64,000 nucleotides of DNA, from contig DASTMN010000021.1 of assembly GCA_035714165.1 (NCBI GenBank), positions 6,399 to 70,398 on the forward strand, in the 5' to 3' direction. Under the pieces are notes generated by a model. The model ran no database searches. It worked only from the letters and a program-made list of their open reading frames with translations, and was not told the DNA's origin. The position numbers and the translations under genes were made by a program. Each line of letters begins with the position of its first letter. Within the stretch, counting starts at the first letter, position 1. Source of the DNA: Rhizomicrobium sp. GTDB lineage: Bacteria > Pseudomonadota > Alphaproteobacteria > Micropepsales > Micropepsaceae. Shown piece by piece: positions 27,661 to 37,890 of the stretch.

Positions 27661-27710
27661 CGCCTCTTTCGCAACAGGCCCCTTCGCAACAGACCCATGA
27701 CGCGGACCGC

Positions 27711-28256
27711 ATGAACCTGATCGTCGGCTTCGCGCCTTTCATCCTGTTCGCCTTCCTGTCCCGCCTGTCGGCGGACCTGGCGCTGTGGGTCGCCTTCGCC
27801 GCCGCCTTTGTCGTCACCATCCGCGATTTCGTCGAAAGCCCGTCCTTGCGCCTGCTGGATGCCGTCAGCCTGCTGCTGTTCGCGCTTCTGGCGCTGATCC
27901 GCGGTTTTTTCGATCCCAACCTTTCCCTGGCCGCCGTGCGCTTCATTGCCGAGGCCGTGCTGTTCCTGGCGCTGGCCGCGCCGCTGGCGGCGGGCCGCGC
28001 CTTTTCGGTGGACTATGCCCGGCTGGACCCGCGCGAGGCGGGATGGCCACCGGCGCTGTTCCTGGCCGTGAACCGGCGCGTGTCCGCGGTATGGGTGCTG
28101 GCCTTCGCCGCGATGGCGGCGGCCGACGCCGCCGTCACTTTCGATCCCGCGGTGCCGCTGTGGAGCAGCATCGCCGTCAGCATCGCGGCGCTGGGCGCGG
28201 CCATCACCGTCACGCTGCGTTATCCGCCGCTGGCGGCCAGGAAGCTGAATCGCTAA
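27711..28256 (+). CDS. Conserved hypothetical membrane protein (YciB/VC0807-like)
   Basis: Five to six TM segments with F...YA and F...NR..S.VW motifs. Confidence 0.6.
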   Translation: MNLIVGFAPFILFAFLSRLSADLALWVAFAAAFVVTIRDFVESPSLRLLDAVSLLLFALLALIRGFFDPNLSLAAVRFIAEAVLFLALAAPLAAGRAFSVDYARLDPREAGWPPALFLAVNRRVSAVWVLAFAAMAAADAAVTFDPAVPLWSSIAVSIAALGAAITVTLRYPPLAARKLNR

Positions 28257-28284
28257 CCTTTGCCTTTCCCCGGAGCATCCCCCC

Positions 28285-29493
28285 ATGAAACAGGCTGTCA
28301 TCGTCTCCACCGCGCGGACCGGCCTGGCCAAGTCGGTGCGCGGCGGCTTCAACCAGACACATGGCGCGGTGATGGGCGGTCATGCCGTCCGGCACGCCAT
28401 CGCGCGGGCGGGGATCGAAGCGGGCACGGTAGAAGACATCTATATGGGCTGCGGCTTTCCCGAAGGCGCGACCGGCAACAACATCGCCCGCGAAAGCGCC
28501 ATCTGGGCGGGATGCCCGGTTTCGACGGCGGGCGTCACCGTCAACCGCTATTGCGCATCCGGCCTCAACGCCATCGCCATGGCCGCGCAGCAGATCATCA
28601 CCGACGGCACCGATGTCGCGGTGGGTGCGGGCGTGGAATCCATCTCGCTGGTGCAGATGGCCGGTGTGAACCTGCGCAACTTCACCGAGGAGCATCTGCT
28701 TTCGGTCAAGCCCGCGCTGTGGATGACCATGATCGAAACCGCCGAGATCGTGGCCGAACGCTATGGCATCAGCCGCGAGCGCCAGGACGCATACGCCCTG
28801 CAAAGCCAGCAGCGCACGGCGGCGGCGCAGGCCGCGGGAAAATATGCCGACGAGATCGTGCCGCTGGCGACGAAAATGAAGAAAGTGGACAAGGCCACGG
28901 GCGCCGAGAGCCTGGTGGATGTCACGGTGGACCGCGATGAATGCAACCGGCCCGACACCACGCTGGAAGGCCTTGCGGCCCTGAAGCCGGTTCATGCCGG
29001 CGGCCAGCAGGTGGCGGAAGGAAAATACGTCACGGCGGGCAATGCCTCGCAATTCGCCGACGGCGCATCGGCCTGTGTGGTGATGAGCGACGCGGAAGCG
29101 GCGAAGCGAAACATCAGGCCGCTGGGCATTTTCCGCGGCTTCGCCGTGGCGGGCGTGGAGCCGGATGAAATGGGCATCGGGCCGGTGATCGCGGTGCCGC
29201 GCCTTCTGGAGCGCCACGGCCTGACGGTGCAGGACATCGACCTGTGGGAGCTGAACGAGGCTTTCGCCAGCCAGACCATCTACTGCATGGACAAGCTGGG
29301 CCTGGACCCGGCCAAGACCAATGTGAATGGCGGCGCCATCTCTATCGGCCATCCCTATGGCATGACGGGTGCGCGGCTGACCGGCCACCTGCTGATCGAG
29401 GGACGGCGGCGCGGCGCGAAGCTGGGCGTGGTCACCATGTGCGTCGGCGGCGGCATGGGCGCGGCGGGACTTTTCGAGATTCTGCCGACCTGA
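28285..29493 (+). CDS. Acetyl-CoA C-acyltransferase (thiolase)
   Basis: Catalytic NRYCASG, NEAF, GHPYG and CVGGG motifs. Confidence 0.95.
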   Translation: MKQAVIVSTARTGLAKSVRGGFNQTHGAVMGGHAVRHAIARAGIEAGTVEDIYMGCGFPEGATGNNIARESAIWAGCPVSTAGVTVNRYCASGLNAIAMAAQQIITDGTDVAVGAGVESISLVQMAGVNLRNFTEEHLLSVKPALWMTMIETAEIVAERYGISRERQDAYALQSQQRTAAAQAAGKYADEIVPLATKMKKVDKATGAESLVDVTVDRDECNRPDTTLEGLAALKPVHAGGQQVAEGKYVTAGNASQFADGASACVVMSDAEAAKRNIRPLGIFRGFAVAGVEPDEMGIGPVIAVPRLLERHGLTVQDIDLWELNEAFASQTIYCMDKLGLDPAKTNVNGGAISIGHPYGMTGARLTGHLLIEGRRRGAKLGVVTMCVGGGMGAAGLFEILPT

Positions 29494-29507
29494 TCTAAAA
29501 AGCAGCC

Positions 29508-30188
29508 ATGACGCGCCCTGTCCTGATTCCCGCACTGCTGGCCGGTCTTCTGGCGCTGGGCGCCTGCGCCCAGTTCAATACCGCCAAGGGACCGGCCCTG
29601 CCCGACCCCAGGACCCAGATGCCGGCGCTGGAGCAGCGCATCGCCCTGCTGGTGGTCGAACAGCGCCAGAAGCTGCAACCGGCGGCCAAGCCGCTGGCCC
29701 TGGACCCGGAACTGGCGCGGATCGCCCGCGCCCGCGCCGCCGACATGGCCAAAAAGAAATATCTCGCCCATGCCGCCCCCAACGGCGAGACCTCGGCCTC
29801 GCTGCTGATGAAGCAGGATGCCCGCTGGCAGGGCCTTCTGGGCGAGAATCTGGCGGCGCAGCACTACACGCGGGAGGGGGGCGTGGCGGTGGACGATTAC
29901 GCCCAGCGCTTCCTGGACGAATGGCTCAAAAGCCCGCCGCACCGCGAAAACATGACCTTCAGCCGCTATGACCGGGCCGGGGTGGGGGCGGCGGTCAACA
30001 GCGATACGGTCTATGTCGCCCTGCTGTTCTCCACCGATATGGGCCTGCCCCGGCTGACCGACCAGCAACTGGACGCGCAGCCCGGCGTGGCGACCCCCTA
30101 TGACAGCGCCGCCGCCGCCAGCAGCGCCCCGGTCCCGGAACAGCCAGATCCCCTGCGTCTGCGCGGGGCGGTGGGCGCGGGCCGGTAA
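29508..30188 (+). CDS. CAP/SCP-domain lipoprotein
   Basis: Lipobox LGAC; A.ARA.DMA...Y.AH, GENLA, W..SP.HR.N motifs. Confidence 0.85.
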   Translation: MTRPVLIPALLAGLLALGACAQFNTAKGPALPDPRTQMPALEQRIALLVVEQRQKLQPAAKPLALDPELARIARARAADMAKKKYLAHAAPNGETSASLLMKQDARWQGLLGENLAAQHYTREGGVAVDDYAQRFLDEWLKSPPHRENMTFSRYDRAGVGAAVNSDTVYVALLFSTDMGLPRLTDQQLDAQPGVATPYDSAAAASSAPVPEQPDPLRLRGAVGAGR

Positions 30189-30199
30189 CTTTCAGTTAA
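30185..30199. promoter_or_regulatory. Possible CtrA box (TTAA-N7-TTAC on the minus strand) upstream of podJ
   Basis: Plus strand GTAA-CTTTCAG-TTAA, one mismatch to TTAA-N7-TTAA, about 145 nt upstream of podJ. Confidence 0.4.
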
Positions 30200-30344
30200 G
30201 CCTGTCGAGCCAACTATCTGTGCCAATTACCTGTGTATGACCGGACACAGATTTCCCCACCCGCAGGTGGGTTGGTCAACATTCCTTTACACTATATGTG
30301 CCCGCCGGTACTTTCTGTAGCGGGTGCGGTGCCAGTGAGTCGAA

Positions 30345-32921
30345 ATGCGTGCAGAACTCCCCTGGAATGTTGCCGGCATCCCGCCTGAGGCGCGGGAAGC
30401 CGCCCGCGCGGCTGCCCGGCGCGAGGGCCTGTCGGTCGGGGAATGGCTGACCCGGCGCATTTTACGCAGCTTTTCCGGGCTGGAAGACGAGTTTTCGCCC
30501 GCCCCCTATGACAATCGCGCGCCCTCCGGGGCCGCACTGGACAGCTGGGGCCTGCCCCCGTCCGCCGCCAGCCGCCGCGATACCGAGGAGATGATGGCCC
30601 GGGTGGGTCGCTCCGAGACCGAATCAAACGAGGCCTGGCGCCGCATCGAGGACCAGCTGCGGGGCCTGGGCCGCCGCCTGGACTCCTCCGAGCGCAGCCA
30701 TTCGGAGAGCAACCGCGTCCTGTCGCGCACCGCGCAGGAAATGAACATCACCGCCCGCGAACAGGCCCAGGCCTTCGACCAGCTTGGCCTGAACGTGATG
30801 GCGCTGAACGAGCGGCTGGAGCGGCTGGAACGCAGCGCCGCCAATGACGGCATCAAGGAAGCGGTCAAGGCGCTGCACCAGGGCCTGTCGCGGCTGGCCG
30901 ACCAGATCACCGCCACCGCCAACAATTCGGCCACCCAGGTCGGCGCCCTCACCTCCAACCTGGAACAGCTTGCCGGGCGCGTCGGCCAGGCCCGGGTGGA
31001 TGCCGAGGACAATCACAGGGCGCTGGAAGCCCGGCTGGAAAACGTCCAGCAATCCATCGAAAACCGCCTGGCGGCGGCCGACCAGCGGCTGGACACGGCC
31101 GAAAAGTCCGCCCAGTTCAACACCAATGCCCTGGACCATGCGCTGGAGAAGATCGAGGCGTCGGCCAACCAGCGCGCCACCGATCAGGTGGAAAGCCAGC
31201 GCCGCCACGCCCAGTCCGAGGAAAGCCTCAACCGCCTGGAAGATTCCCTGGCGCGGCTGGAAATGCGGCTGCCCGACGGCGCGTTCGAGCGCCGCCTGGA
31301 CAGCATCGAACAGTCGGTGGGCGGCATGGCGCAGCGGCTGGAGAATTACGATCCCGCCGCACGGTTCGATTCCACCATGCAGGCCCTGTCGCACCGCCTG
31401 GAAGCGCTGGAAAAGGACCATAACGACCTTCTGATCGAGATGCGGACCCGCACCCGGCAGGAGCCGCCCGCCTATGAGCCGCCCGGTTTTCAGGCGTCCG
31501 CTTTCCAGCCGGTGGCGCAGCCCGCGCCGCAGCCCATCCCGCAGCCGGTGGTACAGCAGCCCACCCCGCCTGGCCCGACCGCCGCCGCCTTCGAAGCCCC
31601 GCCCTTTGCCGCCGAGCCGCCGCCTTTCGCCGAGGACAGCTTCGCGCCCGATGCCTTCCCGGGCGCGCCGGATACCTTCCTGGGCTATGGCGCGGACGGT
31701 GCCGACGCCTTTGCCGAACCGTCCGGTTTCGCGCCCCAGGCCGATCCTTCGGCCGAACCCTTCGCGCCCGCGCCGGACTTTTCCGATGTCTTTGCCGACC
31801 AGCCCGCCGAGCCGGAAAATTTCCTCAGCGCCGCCCGCCGCTCGGCCCGCCAGGCCAGCGAAAAAGCCGAGGGCGAACGCCGCTCGCGCTTTGCCGGATT
31901 CCGCTGGGGCAGCGAAACAGCAGCGGCCCAGGGGGAAACCCAGGCCGAAACCAAATCCCGCCCGCGTTACCTGATCCCGGTTCTGGTGGCGCTGATTGCC
32001 TTGCTGGTACTGGCCGCCGGGCTGGTGCTGAGCCAGCGCATGGGCGTGGCGCCCGCGCCGGCCCCTGCCCCGGAAGCCGCCGCCGAAAAGGGGCCGACCT
32101 TCTCCGTGCCCGCGCCGCCCGACGGCACCGAGACCCAGTATGTCGTTTCGCCTTCCGGCGCCGAGGACAATTATGTCGAGGTGCCGCGCGACGAAGCCCC
32201 GCCGCCGCCGCCGCGCACCACCGCGCCCCTGCAGCAGCGCGACGTCCGCAACGCCCCGGTCAGTTCGGTGCCCGACGCCGCGCCACGCGCGCCCGCATCG
32301 GGCGACCGCGTCATCCAGATGGCCAATGCGGGCAACCCCATCGCCCTCACCATCCTGGGCCTGCGCGCGCTGGACGGCACGAACGGCACCGCCGTCAACC
32401 TGCCGGACGCCGTGAAGTTCCTCACCCAGGCCGCCGAAAAGGGCCAGGCCGTGGCGCAGTATCGCCTGGGCACCATGTATGAACGCGGCCAGGGCGTGCC
32501 CGCCGACGGCGCGCGCGCCGCCCAGTGGTACGAACGGTCCGCCAATCAGGGCAACCGCAAGGCCATGCACAACCTGGCCGTGGCCCATGCCAGTGGCGCG
32601 GCGGGCAAGAAGAACATGGCGGAAGCGGCGCGCTGGTTCGCCCGCGCCGCCGGCCTTGGCCTGTCGGATTCCCAGTTCAACCTGGCGGTGCTGTACGAAC
32701 GCGGCGACGGCGTGCCGCAAAGCCTGCTGGACGCCTTCAAGTGGTATTCCATTGCCGCCGCCGCGGGCGACAGCGAATCCAAGCAGCGCATCAGCGTGTT
32801 GCAGACCCAGCTCAGCGACTCCGACCGCGCCGCCGCCACCAAGTCCGCCGCCACTTTCCATGCCGCGCCGCTGAACCGCAGCGCCAACGTGCCGCCGGAA
32901 GCCGCCGACCTGGGCGCCTGA
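30345..32921 (+). CDS. podJ: Polar organelle development protein PodJ-like
   Basis: N-terminus PW.V.GI...ARE.A...ARR.G.S.GEWL, long coiled coil, Pro-rich linker, one TM, Sel1 repeats (AQYRLG.MYE.G.GV). Confidence 0.82.
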   Translation: MRAELPWNVAGIPPEAREAARAAARREGLSVGEWLTRRILRSFSGLEDEFSPAPYDNRAPSGAALDSWGLPPSAASRRDTEEMMARVGRSETESNEAWRRIEDQLRGLGRRLDSSERSHSESNRVLSRTAQEMNITAREQAQAFDQLGLNVMALNERLERLERSAANDGIKEAVKALHQGLSRLADQITATANNSATQVGALTSNLEQLAGRVGQARVDAEDNHRALEARLENVQQSIENRLAAADQRLDTAEKSAQFNTNALDHALEKIEASANQRATDQVESQRRHAQSEESLNRLEDSLARLEMRLPDGAFERRLDSIEQSVGGMAQRLENYDPAARFDSTMQALSHRLEALEKDHNDLLIEMRTRTRQEPPAYEPPGFQASAFQPVAQPAPQPIPQPVVQQPTPPGPTAAAFEAPPFAAEPPPFAEDSFAPDAFPGAPDTFLGYGADGADAFAEPSGFAPQADPSAEPFAPAPDFSDVFADQPAEPENFLSAARRSARQASEKAEGERRSRFAGFRWGSETAAAQGETQAETKSRPRYLIPVLVALIALLVLAAGLVLSQRMGVAPAPAPAPEAAAEKGPTFSVPAPPDGTETQYVVSPSGAEDNYVEVPRDEAPPPPPRTTAPLQQRDVRNAPVSSVPDAAPRAPASGDRVIQMANAGNPIALTILGLRALDGTNGTAVNLPDAVKFLTQAAEKGQAVAQYRLGTMYERGQGVPADGARAAQWYERSANQGNRKAMHNLAVAHASGAAGKKNMAEAARWFARAAGLGLSDSQFNLAVLYERGDGVPQSLLDAFKWYSIAAAAGDSESKQRISVLQTQLSDSDRAAATKSAATFHAAPLNRSANVPPEAADLGA

Positions 32922-33018
32922 TCCAAGCCGATACGCCGGACTTTGTGTTGACCGCGTGCGCCGCCGCGCGCATGGTCGTTTGCAACCTGCGCCGCATCGC
33001 GGCCCCTAGAGTTGCCGC

Positions 33019-33939
33019 ATGGAGATATACCTTCCCGTCGCCGAAATGTCGGTCTACTGGCTCGTGATGATCGGGCTGGGCCTGATCGTGGGCTTCCTGT
33101 CGGGCATGTTCGGCGTGGGCGGCGGCTTCCTGATGACGCCGCTGCTGGTGTTCAGCGGCATTCCCTCCACCGTCGCCGTCGCCACCACCCTCAGCCATGT
33201 CACCGCCTCCTCCATGTCGGGCGCGCTGGCCCAGTGGCGCAAGCGCGCCATCGATTTCCCCATGGCGGGCGTGATGCTGGTGGGCGGTGTGTTCGGTACG
33301 CTGGCCGGCATCTGGCTGTTCGCGCTGATGAAGAAACAGGGCCAGATGGACCTGATCGTGGCGCTGTCCTATGTGATCATGCTGGGCAGCATCGGCACCA
33401 TCATGCTGCGTGAAAGCCTGGCGACTCTCAGGGCCTATCGCAGCGGCACCTCGGTCCCGGCACGGCGCGTCAACCATCCCTGGATCCACCGGCTGCCGCT
33501 GAAGATGCGCTTCCGCCAGTCGCGCCTCTATATCAGCGTGATCCCGCCCATCGCGATCGGCTTCGCGGTCGGCGTCCTCAGCGCCATCATGGGCATCGGC
33601 GGCGGCTTCATCATCGTGCCTGCCATGATCTACCTGCTGCGGATGCCCACCAATGTGGTGATGGGCACCTCGCTGGCGCAGATCATCGCCATCACCGCCA
33701 TCACCACCCTGCTGCAGGCCACCAGCAACTATTCGGTGGACATCGTGCTGGCGCTGCTGCTGGTGACAGGCGGCGTGGTGGGCGCCCAGCTTGGGGTGCG
33801 GGCCGGGGCGAAGCTGCGCGGCGAGCAGCTTCGCCTGCTGCTGGCGATCCTGGTGCTGGCGGTGGGAGCGGTGCTGCTGTGGCGGCTGGTGGCCAATCCC
33901 GCCGACGTCTACAGCCTGTATATGGGGCCGGCGGCATGA
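33019..33939 (+). CDS. Sulfite exporter TauE/SafE family protein
   Basis: MEIYLPVAE start, duplicated G..SG..GVGGGF..P motifs; coupled to TIGR02186. Confidence 0.9.
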   Translation: MEIYLPVAEMSVYWLVMIGLGLIVGFLSGMFGVGGGFLMTPLLVFSGIPSTVAVATTLSHVTASSMSGALAQWRKRAIDFPMAGVMLVGGVFGTLAGIWLFALMKKQGQMDLIVALSYVIMLGSIGTIMLRESLATLRAYRSGTSVPARRVNHPWIHRLPLKMRFRQSRLYISVIPPIAIGFAVGVLSAIMGIGGGFIIVPAMIYLLRMPTNVVMGTSLAQIIAITAITTLLQATSNYSVDIVLALLLVTGGVVGAQLGVRAGAKLRGEQLRLLLAILVLAVGAVLLWRLVANPADVYSLYMGPAA

Positions 33940-34676
33940 CGCGGCTGCTCCTGATCGCCCTGCTGACCCTTGCCGCGCCCGCCGCGGCGCAGGAGATCGT
34001 GTCCGGTATCAGCCAGGACGTGATCCAGATCACGTCGAACTATACAGGCACCGACATCGTGGTGTTCGGCGCCATCGACCGCATCGACACGCCGCAGAAC
34101 CGCAACATCGTGGTGGTGGTGCGCGGTCCCGACACGCCCATGACGGTACGCCGCCGCGACCGCATCGCCGGCGTGTGGGTGAACAATGACGCCGCCCGCT
34201 TCACCGGCCTGCCCTCCTTCTATTACCTGGCCAGCACCGAACCGATCGACCGCGTCGCCCCGCCCCGCGCCCTGGCGCGCTATGGCATTGGCATCGACTA
34301 TCTGCTTCCGGGGCATGTGTTCAGCCATCATGATCCCCAGCCCTTCCGGCAGGCGGCGATGCGGCATCTCAAGCAGCAGGGCCTGTATGCCGAAATGCCC
34401 GGCACCATAGACTTTCTCAGCGAGACGCTGTTCCGCACCCGCATTCCGGTGCCCGCCAATGTCACGCGCGGCCAGTACAATGTGGAAGTCTATCTGTTCC
34501 GCGACGGCGAGGTGGTGAGCGCCCAGTCCACGCCCCTGTTCGTGGACCAGACCGGGCTGGAACGGCGGCTGTTCAACATGGCGCACAATTCGCCGCTGAT
34601 CTACGGCCTGGCCTGCGTCTTCATGGCCGTGCTGCTGGGCTGGATTTCCTCGGTGCTGTTCCGCCGCCCCGTCTAG
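33936..34676 (+). CDS. TIGR02186-family conserved alphaproteobacterial protein
   Basis: ATGA overlap; I.I.S.Y.G..I.VFGA, RR..R..G.WVN, LFR....PAN...G.Y motifs; C-terminal TM. Confidence 0.82.
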   Translation: MTRLLLIALLTLAAPAAAQEIVSGISQDVIQITSNYTGTDIVVFGAIDRIDTPQNRNIVVVVRGPDTPMTVRRRDRIAGVWVNNDAARFTGLPSFYYLASTEPIDRVAPPRALARYGIGIDYLLPGHVFSHHDPQPFRQAAMRHLKQQGLYAEMPGTIDFLSETLFRTRIPVPANVTRGQYNVEVYLFRDGEVVSAQSTPLFVDQTGLERRLFNMAHNSPLIYGLACVFMAVLLGWISSVLFRRPV

Positions 34677-34682
34677 GCCGGG

Positions 34683-35399
34683 TCATCCGCCGGGCGCGCG
34701 GCGCATGGCATAGACACGGCCATAGCCCAGCATATAGGCGTGGAACGGCCCGGCGAACAGCGTGGCGATGGGCGCCTCGCCCACATCCAGCCCACCCGTG
34801 TACGCGCCGAAGGATGGCAGCACGATTCGCAGCCCGTCGGAGACGAAGCAGCGGCGGCGCACCCGGCGGCCCCATTTGGTGACGCTGGCGCAGGGGTGCA
34901 GGTGGCCCGCCACCTCGCCCGGCTCGAAGGACTTGCCCGGCGCATGGCGGAAGACAAGGCCGCCCAGACGGAATTCATCGGTCACCATGCCGCCCAGCCA
35001 CAAGGGCGGCGCGGGGTCATGGTTGCCCGCGATCCAGACCCAGTCGCTGCTCATGGCGGCCAGCGTGTCGCGCGCCGCATCGCCCAGCCGGTCGGCGGCC
35101 TGCGCATCATGGAAGGAATCGCCCAGCGCGATCACCCGCGAGGGCCGGTGGCGCGCCACGGCGCGCGCCATCCGCAGAAGCGTCGCCGCCGTGTCATAGG
35201 GCGGCAGAAGCTGGCCGGACCGGGCATAGGAACTGCCCTTTTCGAAATGCAGGTCGGCGAAAACCAGGGTGCGGTGATGCGGCAGGAAAGCCGCGCCACA
35301 GGCGTCGAGCAGCAGGCTCTCGCCATTGACGTCGATGATGACGTCGGCGCCGCTGGCCAGTTGTGCGGGCGGGCTTTCCGGTTCGGCTTCAGTCAACAC
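34683..35399 (-). CDS. pdeM: Ligase-associated DNA damage response metallophosphoesterase/endonuclease PdeM
   Basis: ADLHFEKG, LGDSFHD, WIAGNHDP, GHLHP, PSFGAYTGG motifs; overlaps the helicase stop. Confidence 0.88.
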   Translation of the reverse strand: MLTEAEPESPPAQLASGADVIIDVNGESLLLDACGAAFLPHHRTLVFADLHFEKGSSYARSGQLLPPYDTAATLLRMARAVARHRPSRVIALGDSFHDAQAADRLGDAARDTLAAMSSDWVWIAGNHDPAPPLWLGGMVTDEFRLGGLVFRHAPGKSFEPGEVAGHLHPCASVTKWGRRVRRRCFVSDGLRIVLPSFGAYTGGLDVGEAPIATLFAGPFHAYMLGYGRVYAMRRAPGG

Positions 35400-37839
35400 G
35401 CATCGCGTCCCGTATCAGCGCGTCCTCATTCTCGCGCAGGATAGCCTCATCCGCCTCGCCCGCAACCATCTCGCGGGAGATTTCCAGCAGGGCGGGAACC
35501 GCCAACGGCGAAACCCGCTCCAGCCTGCGGGTGACGATGCGCTTTTTCACCCGCGCCAGCATGTCGCCCAGCCGGGCGATATCCAGCAACCCGCTGCCTG
35601 CATCCTGATAGGTGGCGCGCAGCAGCACATGGTCAGGTTCGTGTTCGCGCAACACGTCATAGATCAGGTCCGAGGAAAAAGTGACCTGCCGCCCGGTCTT
35701 TTCCTTGCCGGGAAAACGGCGCTGGATCAGGCCGGCGATGATGGCGCAGTTGCGGAAGGTGCGCTTGTAGAGGTTGGATTCCGCCAGCCAGGCATCCAGG
35801 TCGTCGCCCAGCATGTCCTCGTCGAACAGCGCGTCCATGTCCACGCCGGACATGTCCCGGGCCGCCCACACCGCCAGCGCATATTCGTTGGCGACAAAAC
35901 CCAGCGGTTGCAGCCGCAGCCGCTCCAGCCGCCTGGTCAGCAACATGCCCAGCGTCTGGTGCGCCAGCCGCCCTTCAAACGGATAACAGACCAGATAGCG
36001 CTTGCCGCCGCGCGGAAACGTCTCCACCAGCAACTGGCCCGGCGCGGGAATGACGCTGCGCCATTCCTGGATCTTCAGCCATTCCTGCACCGGTTCGGGC
36101 AATGTGTGCCAGCGCTCCGGCGCCGACACCATCTCCCGCACGCGCTGCGCCAGGAAGGTGGAGAGCGGAAACTTGCCGCCGTTATAGCTGGGCACCTGCG
36201 CTTCGGGATCGGTGGCGCGGGTGACATGCGCGCCGGTTTCGCGCAAGCCCTCGAACCGCACGACTTCACCCGCAAAGACAAAGGTATCGCCCGGCGACAG
36301 CTGCTCGACGAAATACTCCTCGATCTGGCCCAGCTTGCGCCCGCCCGCCCCGGCGGGGCGTCCCCTGCCCTGCAGCCGCACATCCACCATCGGGTCTTCC
36401 ACGATCACACCGGCATTCAGCCGGTATTCCTGGGCGATGCGGGGATGCGCCAGCCGCCACGCCCCATCGGGCGTCAGCCGCAGGCGGGCAAAACGGTCAT
36501 AGCTTTTCAGCGCATAGCCGCCGGTGGCGACGAAATCCACCACCGCCAGGAAATCCTCGCGCGCCAGATGCGCGTAAGGCGAAGCGGTACGGATTTCCTC
36601 GAACAGGTCCTGGGACCGGAAGGGCGCGGCCACCGCCATACCCAGCACATGCTGGGCCAGCACATCCAGCGAACCGGCCTTCAGCCGTTCGCCGTCCAGT
36701 TCGCCCGCCAGCACCGCATCGCGCGCGGCATTGCATTCCAGAACCTCGAAACGGTTGGCGGGCACCAGCAGGGCCGAGGACGGCTCGTCCAGCCGGTGAT
36801 TGGCGCGGCCGATGCGCTGCACCAGCCGGGCCGCGCCCTTGGGCGCACCGATGCAGATCACCCGGTCCACCGCGCCCCAGTCTATCCCCAGGTCCAGGGT
36901 CGAGGTGCAGACCACGGCGCGCAGCGCGCCCTTGGCCATCGCCGCTTCCACCTTGCGGCGCTGTTCTGGTGCCAGGCTGCCGTGATGCAGGGCGATGGGC
37001 AGGTTGGCCTCATTGATCGCCCACAATTCCTGGAAGGTGCGTTCGGCCTGGCTGCGCGTATTAACGAAGACCAGCGCCGTTTTCGACGCCTGGATCGCCG
37101 CCATCACATCCAGCATGGCGTGGCGCGCCAGATGGCCCGCCCAGGGCACATAGGAGTCCGAGGCGCTGATCTCGATCCGCGGCATCGCGCCGCCCTGGGC
37201 CAGCACAAGCTCCGACAGCGCCTCGCCCTCCGGCGGCTGCGGCATCAGGAAACGCCGCAGCGGCGCGGGATCGCGCACGGTGGCCGACAGGCCGACGCGG
37301 CGGTGGCCGGGCGCCAGCGTCTGCAACCGCGCCAGCCCCAGCGCCAAAAGGTCGCCGCGCTTGGAATTGTGCAGCGCGTGAAGCTCGTCCAGCACGACGG
37401 TCTGCAGGCTCCCGAACATCCGGTCGCTGCGCGGATGCGCCAGCAGCAACGACAATTGCTCCGGCGTGGTCAGCAGAATGTCCGGCGGCGCATGGCGCTG
37501 GCGCTGGCGGCGGGCCAGCGGTGTGTCGCCGGTGCGGGTTTCCACCGTGACCGGCAGGTTCATGTCCGCGATGGGCGCTTCCAGATTGCGCGCCACATCC
37601 ACCGCCAGCGCCTTGAGCGGCGAGATGTAAAGCGTGTGCAGGCCGCGCGCGCGCCGTTTCGGCTTTTCGGAAAGCGCGATCAGGCTGGGCAGGAAGCCCG
37701 CCAATGTCTTGCCGCCACCCGTGGGCGCGACCAGCAGAACGCTTTCGCCCCGCGCCGCATGGCCGGCAAGCGCAAGCTGGTGCGGACGCGCCGTCCAGCC
37801 CCGCGACGCGAACCAGGCCTGAAATACCGGAGGCAGCAT
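35389..37839 (-). CDS. Ligase-associated DEXH-box Lhr-like helicase
   Basis: APTGGGKT, YISPLKALA, DELH, LSAT, HHGSL, QRIGRANH; C-terminal PFEGRLAHQTL region. Confidence 0.92.
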   Translation of the reverse strand: MLPPVFQAWFASRGWTARPHQLALAGHAARGESVLLVAPTGGGKTLAGFLPSLIALSEKPKRRARGLHTLYISPLKALAVDVARNLEAPIADMNLPVTVETRTGDTPLARRQRQRHAPPDILLTTPEQLSLLLAHPRSDRMFGSLQTVVLDELHALHNSKRGDLLALGLARLQTLAPGHRRVGLSATVRDPAPLRRFLMPQPPEGEALSELVLAQGGAMPRIEISASDSYVPWAGHLARHAMLDVMAAIQASKTALVFVNTRSQAERTFQELWAINEANLPIALHHGSLAPEQRRKVEAAMAKGALRAVVCTSTLDLGIDWGAVDRVICIGAPKGAARLVQRIGRANHRLDEPSSALLVPANRFEVLECNAARDAVLAGELDGERLKAGSLDVLAQHVLGMAVAAPFRSQDLFEEIRTASPYAHLAREDFLAVVDFVATGGYALKSYDRFARLRLTPDGAWRLAHPRIAQEYRLNAGVIVEDPMVDVRLQGRGRPAGAGGRKLGQIEEYFVEQLSPGDTFVFAGEVVRFEGLRETGAHVTRATDPEAQVPSYNGGKFPLSTFLAQRVREMVSAPERWHTLPEPVQEWLKIQEWRSVIPAPGQLLVETFPRGGKRYLVCYPFEGRLAHQTLGMLLTRRLERLRLQPLGFVANEYALAVWAARDMSGVDMDALFDEDMLGDDLDAWLAESNLYKRTFRNCAIIAGLIQRRFPGKEKTGRQVTFSSDLIYDVLREHEPDHVLLRATYQDAGSGLLDIARLGDMLARVKKRIVTRRLERVSPLAVPALLEISREMVAGEADEAILRENEDALIRDAMRVD

Positions 37840-37844
37840 GGCCG

Positions 37845-37859
37845 GAACAAACCATGCAC
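37845..37859. promoter_or_regulatory. Possible alphaproteobacterial LexA (SOS) box GAAC-N7-GCAC
   Basis: GAACAAACCATGCAC, one mismatch to GAAC-N7-GAAC, 5 nt upstream of the helicase ATG. Confidence 0.5.
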
Positions 37860-37890
37860 CGACGCCGCAAGGCGAGTCTTATTTGATGCT

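Noticed and set aside
27668-27692. 10-bp direct repeat TTCGCAACAG twice upstream of 27711
   Set aside because: Short, no cognate regulator nearby; insufficient evidence.
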